Origin: Dehalococcoidia bacterium
GTDB lineage: Bacteria; Chloroflexota; Dehalococcoidia; Lucifugimonadales; UBA2985
Reading direction: 5' to 3'
Length of the DNA: 64,000 bases
Assembly (NCBI GenBank): GCA_965221925.1
Contig: OZ244924.1
Location: forward strand, 68,199-132,198
This document shows positions 43,565 to 52,502 of this stretch, piece by piece (position 1 is the first letter of the stretch; every line of letters begins with the position of its first letter). The notes beneath the pieces are model-generated. The model was given only the letters and a program-made list of their open reading frames with translations, did no database searches and was not told the origin of the DNA. The translations under genes were made by a program, and so were the position numbers.

Positions 43565-44893
43565 CTACGGAGGACTACTGGAGAGACAGATGTAGGACGC
43601 GCTCATGGCCGGAGCGTAAGCGCATATCGCCGTCTCGGCCTTGACGTTTACCTGCCGCGCGCCGGCTGTTCCCCGGAGCTGCTCGATGCCGTCGATATAC
43701 ATTGCAGTGCGCGTGCGTCCGTTCCCGAGGTTTCCCCCGCCGGAGAGGAAGGGATGCGGCCCCTCAACGCTGATGTCTCCCTTGACAAAGTCCTTTGCGT
43801 CCCCTTCCTTCACCCCGTGCCATTGGAAAGCCTCCAGGGCAAGGGGCATAAAGGGCGAGAACCCGTCATACGGGTTGAAGATGTCCACGTCCTCCGGTCG
43901 GAGCCCGGAGCCCTCGTACACCATCCGGGCCACGTTGTACTTACCCTCCATCCACTCGTCCAGGGTCATATAGCTGCTTCTGGCCGTTCCGCCTCTTCCC
44001 TGGTTGTGGTTCAGGACATAGACCGGCTTCTGCTTCATGTCCTTGGCGCGCTCGGCGGTGGTTATGATAAAGGCTCCTGCGGCGTTTACCGGCCGGTCGT
44101 AGTCCCATATTCTGGCGGGCCAGGCTATGGGTCTGGAGGCCAAGTAGTCCTCCAATGTAACTCCGGAGGCGCCGTTGGTGGCATAGAAGCCCCACGAGTT
44201 CATGAGGCCGTTGCGATGCTCGGTGAGGATCAGAGGAGCCATGAGATCCTCCCAGGTTGTGTCGTACCTGGTGCAATACTGCTGTATGGCGATGGTGCCA
44301 TCGATCTGCAGGGACAGGACGTTTGCGCCCCAGGGAAAGGTCCATTGGTTAGGGCCGCGTGCGTAGTCCTCCGCGTTGTCTCCTCCCCGTCGATAGCGTC
44401 CTTCAAGGTTGTTCGCCGTGTAGATGTACAGCGCGACGTTGCACAGGCCGTCAGCCACAGCCTGGGCTGCCATTCCCAGCCCCTCGCCGATGTCCGGGAC
44501 AACCTCCGGCGCATACTTGACGTTGCTCAGCTCCGGCATATTGTTCAGCATCCACTTCCCGGACACGGTGGTCAGGCCGTCTTCGGAGTCATAGGGCGGC
44601 GGAAAGTATGGCCGGTAGGGGCCCCAGCTGGCCGCGCTGCCACCGTTGGCGCCTGCCATGTTGTTTGGGCACTGGAGAAGGCCGTCCACCTCCTCCGGCT
44701 TTACCCCTGCGTCCTCCAGGGCGCGCTGAGCCGCCAGAATGCAGAAGGCGCCCAGGGTCCTGTCCATGGACAGGCCGTCCCACCGCCGGTCGACCGGCGA
44801 CATGGCCCATCCGGTGATGGCGACTTTACCCTGGTGCGGCCACACTCCCAGCCCCTGCTTGTCTCTTCTCCATCCGGTTCCTTCTGTCGTCAT
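43565..44893 (-). CDS. Thiolase-like (SCP-x/Ltp-type) protein
   Basis: SD GAGAGGGTG lies before ATG 44893. The protein is 442 aa and is a paralogue of 50764-52092; the two share TTAERAKDMKQKPVY.LNH. It is the last gene of an operon with DUF35 and CoA-transferase genes. Confidence 0.85.
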   Translation of the reverse strand: MTTEGTGWRRDKQGLGVWPHQGKVAITGWAMSPVDRRWDGLSMDRTLGAFCILAAQRALEDAGVKPEEVDGLLQCPNNMAGANGGSAASWGPYRPYFPPPYDSEDGLTTVSGKWMLNNMPELSNVKYAPEVVPDIGEGLGMAAQAVADGLCNVALYIYTANNLEGRYRRGGDNAEDYARGPNQWTFPWGANVLSLQIDGTIAIQQYCTRYDTTWEDLMAPLILTEHRNGLMNSWGFYATNGASGVTLEDYLASRPIAWPARIWDYDRPVNAAGAFIITTAERAKDMKQKPVYVLNHNQGRGGTARSSYMTLDEWMEGKYNVARMVYEGSGLRPEDVDIFNPYDGFSPFMPLALEAFQWHGVKEGDAKDFVKGDISVEGPHPFLSGGGNLGNGRTRTAMYIDGIEQLRGTAGARQVNVKAETAICAYAPAMSASYICLSSSPP

Positions 44894-44937
44894 GGTTCAC
44901 CCTCTCTGGTATATAGAGTTTGTATGCGTAGACCGGT

Positions 44938-45345
44938 CTAGCCGGTCAGTTTCCATTCGTGGATCAGTTGACCAGGAGCAACCTCCTCAAATGTGACCTC
45001 TACCGGGGCGCCTATGGGGACCTCTCTCACCGGAACACCGGGAAGATTGGAATAGAAGTTGATACGCGGGTCATCGTCCAGCGTTATGAATGCGAGGTTG
45101 AAGGGCTGATCAGGTACGCGCCGGGCGAGATGAATGTCCCGCATGACCACAAAAGTTGAGATATGCCCCCGCCCGCTTGTCTCCTTCCACTCCAGCGTCT
45201 CAGAGTCGCAGTCCTGGCACTTGGGCCGCGGCGGGTACTGCAACGCGGCGCAGTCTTTGCAGTTCTGTACAACCAGCCTCCTTTCATTGACGGCGTCCCA
45301 GAACGGCTTGCTCAACTCATCGGGCGTCGGGATGAGCTTCGGCAT
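44938..45345 (-). CDS. DUF35 OB-fold/zinc-ribbon protein
   Basis: SD AAGGAGACAGGAG lies before ATG 45345. It has a Cys4 zinc ribbon (CKDCAALQYPPRPKCQDC) followed by an OB-fold. Confidence 0.88.
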   Translation of the reverse strand: MPKLIPTPDELSKPFWDAVNERRLVVQNCKDCAALQYPPRPKCQDCDSETLEWKETSGRGHISTFVVMRDIHLARRVPDQPFNLAFITLDDDPRINFYSNLPGVPVREVPIGAPVEVTFEEVAPGQLIHEWKLTG

Positions 45346-45412
45346 CTCCTGTCTCCTTTCCTGTCCTGCAACATGTTTGATTCGCTTAGGGATGTACCGG
45401 ACATCCTCTTCG

Positions 45413-47881
45413 CTAGCTGACGAATAGTGGGTTCGCCTCTTCCCAGTCAACAATGCGGCGCTCGTGATAGTCGTCAATCTGCTCGCCGCTGTAGCCGACC
45501 TCGCTCATGATCGCACGCGTATGCTGACCCGGATAGGGCGCAGCCCGGTAGCTCCCCGACATCTCCGAGAAGTGTACAATACCCCCGTTCCGGATGTACT
45601 TGCCGAATCGCGGGCTCTCATCCTCCACCTCTACAGCCAGGCCATTGTCCATGGAGTGGGGGTCGTCCATGAAGAACTCCTCGTCATCGCTGTGGGACAC
45701 CCGTACACAGGCCACGTCCTGCGCTGTAAGCAGCTCCTCCCACTCAGCGGCCGTGCGGGTGGCAAACAGCTCTGTCAGTTGCCCAATCAGCTCTTCATCG
45801 TGGGCCATGCGGGCCGAGGCTGCGAACCGCGGGTCACCCAGCAGGTCGGTTCGTCCCACCGTATGGCAGAGCTTCGCCCACTCTTCCTCAAACAGGCAGG
45901 CAAGAAATACCCATCCCTCCCTGGCCTGGTACAGCCGGTAAAGGGCGTGCAGGCCGTAGCACTCGGCATCCGGGATGGCGTAAGGGGGCCGCCCCGCGTA
46001 GTCGTATGCTTCGTCGTGGTTGGCCCAGGCGTTGGCGCACATCATTGTTACCTGGATTGCCTGCCCGCGGCCGGTGCGCTCCCGGTCCCACAGGCCCAGC
46101 ATGATCGCCGTTGCCACGCCCTGGGAAGAGTTGGGGTCGGGATTGCCTTCGTTGGCGCGCATCATCCGTCGCGATGTCTCTTTGATCTCGTCCATTGTCA
46201 TTGGCTGGTAGGTAGGAGGCGGCATGGCGCGACCCGCCTGACGCAGCGCTCCACCAAAGAGCGCCCCGGGGAGGGGATGGGCGCCGGGGCGCCGTCTGTG
46301 GGGGCCGGTGGCTCCATAGGCTCCAACGTACACGTGCACCAGGCGTGGGTTGATACGCCGGCATGTCTCGTAGTCTATGCCCAAACGATCGGGCACCCCG
46401 GGCCTGAAGTTGTGCAGCAGCACATCTGCCTTGGCAATCAGCTTGTGAATCAGGTCCCGGCCTTCCTCGGTCTGAAGGTCAACCCGTATGCACTCCTTGC
46501 CGGAATAGGTCCTGATGTTGTTCAGGTTCACTGTGCCGACTCCGGGCATCCCGCGCCCCGGAGTGGCGTCTACCTTTATCACCCGCGCCCCCAGGTCGGC
46601 TATCATCACGGCGCCGTAGGGCCCTGCGATGACTGTGGAGAAATCGAGCACAGTGATGTCCTCCAACGGATGGGATGGCGCATGGCGCTGGTCTCCATTG
46701 CTGCTGCCACCCGCTACGGACAGCGCTTCCAGTCCGGCCATCTCGGACAGCGTCTCTTCTGTATGTTGGCCCAGATCCGGGGCCGGCCCACCGACCTCTC
46801 CGGGGTTGTCGGCAAGGTCCGCCAGCAGGCCGACTATCTTCATAGGACCTACCCTTGGGTCGTTTATCTCCACCACGTGCCGGTTATGGACGAACTGCTC
46901 GTGCTTCATTGCCTCCACAGTGTGCAGGAAAGGCTCCGCAGCGATGTCGCCATCCTTCACGTAGATGTCCATCCACTCATCAAGGGTCTTCTCCTGCATG
47001 CGCTCCAATATGAGCTCTCGCAGGATCTCCTGGTTTTCCGGTGTCAGGCTGGACGTGTTCTTGAAACGCTCGTCCTCCAGGACCCATCCCAAGCCGATGA
47101 CCCGGAGGTGGGCGTGCAGCAGCCGGGGACTGAACTGTATGTTGGCATGCTGGAGCCAGCGGCCATCCTTGGTCCGGACAGGGATGTATCCCAGGTTGGG
47201 CAGCGTCCGGGCGTTCGGCAGTGTAGACGGGAACCGCTCCGGGTCCTTGCGGGTGAAGAAAGCGTTGATCTGGCGGCCACCGTAGTAGGGGATCATCCCC
47301 TGGAGCACACTGGTCTGTACCCACTGGCCGCGCCCCGTCTTTTCCCTGACGCGCAACGCGGCCAGGATGCCCCGCACGGCAGCCTGGCTCGAAGCCCAGC
47401 TTGCAGTCTGCACTGCAACATACGTAGGGCCGTCCCGGAGAGTCTGGCCCGCGAAGTTCACCATACGGCCACTCTTGGCTGCGACTACACCCTCGTAGCC
47501 CTTCACATTCTTCAGCCGTCCCTTCTGGCCAAACCCGGTGATGGAACAGTACACCAGGCGAGGGTTTACCTCGGCAAGCGTGTCGTAGTCGATCCCCAAT
47601 CGCTGGCTCTCCCCGGGCCGGAACGACTCTACCACCACATCGGCCCGCCGGGCCAGCGCCGCCGCCTGCTCCCGGCCCTCCGGCGTCTTCAGGTCCAGGA
47701 CAACCCCCTTCTTGCCGCGGTTCCACGCCAACCAGGTAGGATGGGAGCGGAAGGGGTTGCCGGTTGGGGGCTCCACGATGATAACGTTAGCGCCGAAATC
47801 GGCCAGAACCGCCGTTGTCAATGTGCCTGGCATCCCCTGGCTGAAGTCCAATACAGTTAGGCCGCTACATGGTCCCGGCAT
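45413..47881 (-). CDS. Tandem-fused family III (CaiB/BaiF) CoA-transferase, two complete domains
   Basis: SD GAGGAGGG lies before ATG 47881. Domain 1 contains LTVLDFSQGMPGTLTTAVLADFGANVI. Domain 2 starts near residue 415 with ITVLDFSTVIAGPYGAVMIADLGARVI. Total length is 822 aa. Confidence 0.9.
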   Translation of the reverse strand: MPGPCSGLTVLDFSQGMPGTLTTAVLADFGANVIIVEPPTGNPFRSHPTWLAWNRGKKGVVLDLKTPEGREQAAALARRADVVVESFRPGESQRLGIDYDTLAEVNPRLVYCSITGFGQKGRLKNVKGYEGVVAAKSGRMVNFAGQTLRDGPTYVAVQTASWASSQAAVRGILAALRVREKTGRGQWVQTSVLQGMIPYYGGRQINAFFTRKDPERFPSTLPNARTLPNLGYIPVRTKDGRWLQHANIQFSPRLLHAHLRVIGLGWVLEDERFKNTSSLTPENQEILRELILERMQEKTLDEWMDIYVKDGDIAAEPFLHTVEAMKHEQFVHNRHVVEINDPRVGPMKIVGLLADLADNPGEVGGPAPDLGQHTEETLSEMAGLEALSVAGGSSNGDQRHAPSHPLEDITVLDFSTVIAGPYGAVMIADLGARVIKVDATPGRGMPGVGTVNLNNIRTYSGKECIRVDLQTEEGRDLIHKLIAKADVLLHNFRPGVPDRLGIDYETCRRINPRLVHVYVGAYGATGPHRRRPGAHPLPGALFGGALRQAGRAMPPPTYQPMTMDEIKETSRRMMRANEGNPDPNSSQGVATAIMLGLWDRERTGRGQAIQVTMMCANAWANHDEAYDYAGRPPYAIPDAECYGLHALYRLYQAREGWVFLACLFEEEWAKLCHTVGRTDLLGDPRFAASARMAHDEELIGQLTELFATRTAAEWEELLTAQDVACVRVSHSDDEEFFMDDPHSMDNGLAVEVEDESPRFGKYIRNGGIVHFSEMSGSYRAAPYPGQHTRAIMSEVGYSGEQIDDYHERRIVDWEEANPLFVS

Positions 47882-48289
47882 AGCTCCCTCCTCTCACTAG
47901 AGACACCGAAGCGCCTTCGATTGTACACATTGCGCCGCAGCGATACTTCCCTTTTATCAATCTGTGTCTCCTTTCCCCGATTCAGGCTAGGTGAGCGCCG
48001 GTTGACCGGGCCAGAGGCCTCTTTCTACGACTCCTCGCCCGGATTGTGTGCTCGCGCTGGGGCTAGACCCCTGAGAGGCGGTGGCGCCTCTGCTATACGG
48101 GTCCAGGGCAGGTATGTCTTCAGCCAAATAGCGGGCGGACTTCCAAACGCGCAGGACAGGGGTCTGCTCGGCTTCGTCAAAAAGCCGATCGATCTGCCGC
48201 TGAATCCGCTTGGTGACCATAGCGCTCTCACGATTTTTGGCGATCGGGATGGCCTTATTTTACCATTGTCGGAACGAGAGTCAAGGTTG

Positions 48290-48465
48290 GCTTTATTCCG
48301 GTATTCTCTACAGACGCTGGTAATACAAACGTCGGTGGAGTACCACGCCCATCCCGCTAACGCCCTTCGACAAGCTCAGGGTGAGCGGAAGTGGGTTCCA
48401 TTTCCCGCTCGAGGTGAGCATGTCGAACCATATGAGCGGGTAGACTGCGGGCGTAGCTGACACCG
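48290..48465. repeat. REP-like mosaic cluster
   Basis: ggtattctctac..ctggtaat...cgcccttcgacaagctcagggtgagcgg...gaaccatatgagcgggtagactgcgggcgtagctgaca. This parallels 4955-5207. Confidence 0.8.
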
Positions 48466-48535
48466 TGAGCTGCCGAGTCCCGTCCTTGTGACGCCAAGGG
48501 AGGCAGGTTGTCCCGGCGCTGGGCAGGAGCCTGTT

Positions 48536-50020
48536 TCAGCGGCGGGTTTCGGCCAGCAGATGGTCCACGTGGTGGTGTTCTTCACAGGACGTCATCGACT
48601 GGTCCATCTGTATGGTGACGTGGCCGATGCGGTGGTCTCTGTGGACAATGTCCTGCATCCGGGTGAGAAGCCGGTCCACGTCGCCCTTCCAAGAGGGGTC
48701 TATGAGCACGTGGGCGGTGAAAGCGTCCTGCCCGGAGGTTATGGTCCACACATGGACGTCATGGATGAGGGTCACGCCCTGCAGGTTCTCAATGTCGCTG
48801 CAGAGCTTGTACACGTCCACGTGTTTGGGAGCGCCTTCCAGCAGAACGTTCAGGACCGTGAATATCAATCCACGTGTGTTGTACACGATAAGCAATGCGA
48901 TGACGACGCTGAGGATCGGGTCGGCAATGTACCACTCAAAGGCGATTATGAGTATTGCTGAGATTATCACGCCAACGGAGCCCAGCATGTCGGCAATCAC
49001 GTGCTGGAAAGCTCCTTCTACGTTCACGCTGTGCTCAGACGATTTGTGGAGTATCCATGCGGCTGCAAGGTTCACCAAGAGTCCGCCCGTACCGACGATC
49101 AGCACCGGCAAACCTTCTACCTCTACCGTTTCAGTGAAGGCGCGATGGTACGCCTCAAAAAGTATCCAGCTCGCTATCACCCATAGACCGAAGGCATTGG
49201 CCATGGCGGCCAGCACCTCGGTTCGATAGTACCCGAAGGTGCGCTCGGCAGACGCCGCTCTGCCGCTAATCCACATTGCTGCCAACGCCATTACAATGGA
49301 GGCGGCGTCCGTGAGCATGTGCCCGGCGTCCGCCAGGAGAGCCAGGCTGCCGGACAATATCCCGCCCACAACCTCGGCCACCATGTAAGTCGAGATGAGG
49401 GCCAGGGCTATAACCAGGCTGCGCTTGCTTGCGCCCCGCAAGTCGTGAGCATGGTCGTGGCCTTCGTGACCGCCGTGGTCGTGGCCTTCGTGGTCGTCGT
49501 GCCCGCCGTGGTCGTGGCCTTCGTGGTCGTCGTGCCCGCCGTGGTCGTGGCCTTCGTGGTCGTCGTGCCCGCCGTGGTCGTGGCCTTCGTGGTCATCGTG
49601 ACCGCCGTGGTCGTGGCCTTCGTGGTCATCGTGACCGCCGTGGTCGTGGCCTTCGTGGTCGTCATGATCGCCGTGGTCATGGCCTTCGTGGTCGTCGTGC
49701 CCGCCGTGGTCGTGGCCTTCGTGGTCATCGTGACCGCCGTGGTCGTGGCCCTCGTGGTCGTCGTGCCCGCCGTGGTCGTGGCCCTCGTGGTCATCGTGAC
49801 CGCCGTGGTCATGGCCCTCGTGGTCATCGTGCCCGCCGTGGTCATGGCCTTCGTGACCGGGACCTTGGGAACGGGGTGGCGTTCCGGATGATGACATCAG
49901 AAAAGTCGATGGCGTGTAGGACATGGGGTTGGTCTGACCTGCCCCTCGCATTGCTTGGAGCTCATTGAGGCCCGCAGATCCTGGGAAAGAACCTCTTGAA
50001 TCTACCATTGGCTGCACCAT
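48536..50020 (-). CDS. Cation diffusion facilitator (CzcD/ZitB-like) with a very long His-rich N-terminal repeat
   Basis: The CDF core contains LALLADAGHMLTD, FQHVIADMLGSVGV and a C-terminal cytoplasmic domain. The N-terminus carries about 12 units of GHDDHEGHDHG. The true start codon is uncertain. Confidence 0.88.
   Translation of the reverse strand: MVQPMVDSRGSFPGSAGLNELQAMRGAGQTNPMSYTPSTFLMSSSGTPPRSQGPGHEGHDHGGHDDHEGHDHGGHDDHEGHDHGGHDDHEGHDHGGHDDHEGHDHGGHDDHEGHDHGDHDDHEGHDHGGHDDHEGHDHGGHDDHEGHDHGGHDDHEGHDHGGHDDHEGHDHGGHDDHEGHDHGGHEGHDHAHDLRGASKRSLVIALALISTYMVAEVVGGILSGSLALLADAGHMLTDAASIVMALAAMWISGRAASAERTFGYYRTEVLAAMANAFGLWVIASWILFEAYHRAFTETVEVEGLPVLIVGTGGLLVNLAAAWILHKSSEHSVNVEGAFQHVIADMLGSVGVIISAILIIAFEWYIADPILSVVIALLIVYNTRGLIFTVLNVLLEGAPKHVDVYKLCSDIENLQGVTLIHDVHVWTITSGQDAFTAHVLIDPSWKGDVDRLLTRMQDIVHRDHRIGHVTIQMDQSMTSCEEHHHVDHLLAETRR
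49451..49858. repeat. 33-bp in-frame tandem repeat, about 12 units
   Basis: Units are gtggtcgtggccttcgtggtcgtcgtgcccgcc and the variant ...gtcatcgtgaccgcc. On the minus strand they encode the His-rich repeat of the CDF protein. Confidence 0.92.
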
Positions 50021-50180
50021 GCCTTCGCCATGCTCAATGTCCCATTATAGCGCGGACGCCCCTGCCTTGGAATAGCTCGGATTGAAGTAAGGCTTGGCAA
50101 GGACTGACAAGAGGCCCTGCCGACCCAAGTGAGGATCCGGTAGGGCCTCTTAACCCGTAGTTACCGTTGATATTAGCGGT

Positions 50181-50387
50181 CTAGTGCCCGTGATGTTCGT
50201 GGTCGTCGCACTCGTGGTCGTCGTGCTCGTGCGCGTGATGCTCGTGCTCGTCGCACTCATGGGAGCTGTGCATGTGGCCGGGCTCGTCACCGTGATGCTC
50301 GTGGTCGTCGCACTCATGGGCTTCGTGCTCGTGCTCGTGATGTTCGTGCTCGTCGCACTCGTGGGCGTCATGGGCTACCTGCGTCAT
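50181..50387 (-). CDS. Small His/Cys/Asp/Glu-rich putative metal-binding peptide (68 aa)
   Basis: A perfect SD AAGGAGG lies before ATG 50387. The motif HECD(E/D)HEHH occurs four times. The peptide has 24 His and 4 Cys in 68 residues. It lies directly upstream of the CDF gene on the same strand. Confidence 0.7.
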   Translation of the reverse strand: MTQVAHDAHECDEHEHHEHEHEAHECDDHEHHGDEPGHMHSSHECDEHEHHAHEHDDHECDDHEHHGH

Positions 50388-50763
50388 CTGGACCTCCTTA
50401 AAAATAGTTTTATACTTGCTCGTCCCACTGTCCTGTGAAGCCAAAACCGGAGCGAGCGCCTCTCCCTGAAACAATCACATAGCATAATAGGTGATGGTCT
50501 ATTGGACTGTCAACGCGTGACAGCAAGTTTTCCATCCACCCGTCTTTCCATTGGGAGCCGCCGGGTCGGATGGCCCCGCCGCCCCTCTCCCTCTGGATGC
50601 CCGCTCACCATGAGCGGCGCAAGTCGCCTTTGAGCGGATCTCTCCTCTCGACTTTGGCCGGTTCTTGGATTACAATTCAGAGGCCGTGGATGCTGAATTA
50701 AGGCGGTAGGCCCCGGATCTCTATTCCGGATAGATAACAGAGACAGACTTGAGGGGGTGAACA

Positions 50764-52092
50764 GTGCCAGTGGAAGCACAGATGGCTCCGGATTCGATCT
50801 ATAGAAGCACGGAAGGGTTGGGTGTCTGGGAGCATAAGGGGAAGGTGGCAGCCGTAGGCATAGGGATCTCTCCCACCGCGCGGCGCTGGGATGAGACCAC
50901 AGATACCAGCGTGGGCGCGTGGACCATCCTCGCTATACAGAGGGCCATAGAGGACGCCGGCGTCTCACCGGACCAGGTGGACGGGCTGGTCCTCACTCCG
51001 GAGACCTCCACAGGGTCTCCCTGGCCGGCGGACAAGCCCATTCCGGAGGACTTCCTCAATACCTATCAGTCCACGGACGACCCACTGGACGGCGTCGCCA
51101 AGCTGAGCTCGGAGTGGATTCTCAAGAACATGCCGGAGCTGACCAATATCAAGTTCGTCATGTACGCCCCAATATGTATGTCCAACGCGCTGGTGGTCGC
51201 CGCGCAGGCCGTGGGCGAGGGCCTCACCAACACCTGCCTTGTGGTGCGGGGTTGGCACAACTTTGGTGGCCGGTACTACGTGGGACAGGGGGCTGCCGCC
51301 GGAGAGACCATTGGCGGGGCTGGCAAGTGGACCGGCATGTGGGGGACAGTGGCCTGCTACACAACGGCCATGATATTCGAGGCGTACTGCCGCAAGTACG
51401 GCAAGAGCCACGACATGATGGCGCCCTTTGTGGTGAACTCAAAGCGGAACGGCCTGCTGTTCCCGGAGGGGTTCTGGGCGCAGCACAGGCCGGAGTCTCT
51501 GACCGTTGAAGACTACCTGGCCGCCCGGTGGATAGCCAAGCCTGCCAACCTCTTTGACAACGACCTGCCCATCTGCGTTTCCACCGCATACCTGTTCACC
51601 ACCGCCGAGCGGGCCAAGGACATGAAGCAGAAACCCGTCTACATTCTCAACCACGTGAGGACGCTGCCCGCGTCCCGGAGCGTGGTGCCCACGCTTGATG
51701 AGTGGCAAGACGCCAGCGACAGCACCGGCCGGAAGCTGTACGAGGGCGCGGGGATAAGCGCAAGCGACCTGTCCTTTGAGAACATGTACGACGGCTTTAC
51801 CCTGTTCCATCAGTTCCATCTAGAGGGGCTGCGGTTTGCGGGCGTTCAGCGCGGTGAGGCTCTGGATTTCTACCAGACGGACATAAGCATAGAGGGGCCG
51901 AACCCGGTGTCGCCGAGCGGCGGGAACGCGGGGAGTGGCCGCACACGCTTCTGGCTGCACATGGACAGCATACAGCAGTTGCAGGGTAGGGCTGGAGCGC
52001 GGCAGATAAGGAGGCCGGCTGAGGTCGGTGTCTCCGGCGCGTTTATGCCGGACTTCAGCTACTCCGTGGTCTGGGGAGCCAACCCAGACTAA
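50764..52092 (+). CDS. Thiolase-like (SCP-x/Ltp-type) protein, paralogue of 43565-44893
   Basis: SD GAGGGGG lies 6 nt before GTG 50764. The protein is 442 aa. No DUF35 partner gene is adjacent. Confidence 0.85.
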   Translation: MPVEAQMAPDSIYRSTEGLGVWEHKGKVAAVGIGISPTARRWDETTDTSVGAWTILAIQRAIEDAGVSPDQVDGLVLTPETSTGSPWPADKPIPEDFLNTYQSTDDPLDGVAKLSSEWILKNMPELTNIKFVMYAPICMSNALVVAAQAVGEGLTNTCLVVRGWHNFGGRYYVGQGAAAGETIGGAGKWTGMWGTVACYTTAMIFEAYCRKYGKSHDMMAPFVVNSKRNGLLFPEGFWAQHRPESLTVEDYLAARWIAKPANLFDNDLPICVSTAYLFTTAERAKDMKQKPVYILNHVRTLPASRSVVPTLDEWQDASDSTGRKLYEGAGISASDLSFENMYDGFTLFHQFHLEGLRFAGVQRGEALDFYQTDISIEGPNPVSPSGGNAGSGRTRFWLHMDSIQQLQGRAGARQIRRPAEVGVSGAFMPDFSYSVVWGANPD

Positions 52093-52134
52093 GCCGCCCG
52101 GAGCGCCACGCCATTCCTGCGGAAGGAGACCTTT

Positions 52135-52336
52135 GCGCAACCGCCCAACGCGCCATTTGATGTCATTCCGAGCGCAGCGAGGAATCTAAGACGTTGCGCC
52201 GTAGTCATGAGAAGATTCCAGCCACAAGGGTCCTCGTGGGGGATGAGAGCCTTTAGATTCCTCACTCTGCTGTGCTCCGTTCGGAATGACAGTTGGAGCG
52301 TCTTTTCACAGGATGGCGCCCAGAGTTATGCAAAGG
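52135..52336. repeat. MITE-like palindromic element, copy B (intact)
   Basis: About 202 bp with the long hairpin gtcattccgagcgcagcgaggaatctaag...ctttagattcctcactctgctgtgctccgttcggaatgac. It is the reverse complement of copies at 9571 and 60521. Confidence 0.88.
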
Positions 52337-52502
52337 TCTGCGGAAGCAGGGGAGGCTGGTGGCTCACCCCGCGCAGATGGCTTGGAACGCCCCATCTTCC
52401 ATGCCTCAACCTGTAGGCCCAGACGAGACCCTCGACCACGAAGAGGGTCTCGTCGCGTGTCTGGATGAGGCGTGAGAGCGCAGTCCGCCCCCGGCGTGGG
52501 GG

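Noticed and set aside
45464-47860. A 798-aa ORF on the plus strand
   Set aside because: It is antisense to the CoA-transferase gene, which has clear family motifs. The long open antisense frame is a high-GC artefact, and the sequence is Arg/Gly/Pro/His-rich nonsense.
47987-48220. A 77-aa minus-strand ORF (MVTKRIQRQIDRLFDEAEQ...ALDP...)
   Set aside because: It looks like a short TPR-type fragment without an RBS, and it probably is gene debris. Support is too weak to annotate.
49319-49968. ORFs of 190, 145 and 179 aa (poly-VVVAF, TTTKA, RGRGLRG)
   Set aside because: They are alternative frames or the opposite strand of the 33-bp His-repeat array inside the CDF gene.
50184-50438. An 84-aa plus-strand ORF and a 73-aa minus-strand ORF (50150-50371)
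   Set aside because: They are the opposite strand or another frame of the His-rich peptide gene. Only the HECD frame has a perfect SD and ATG.
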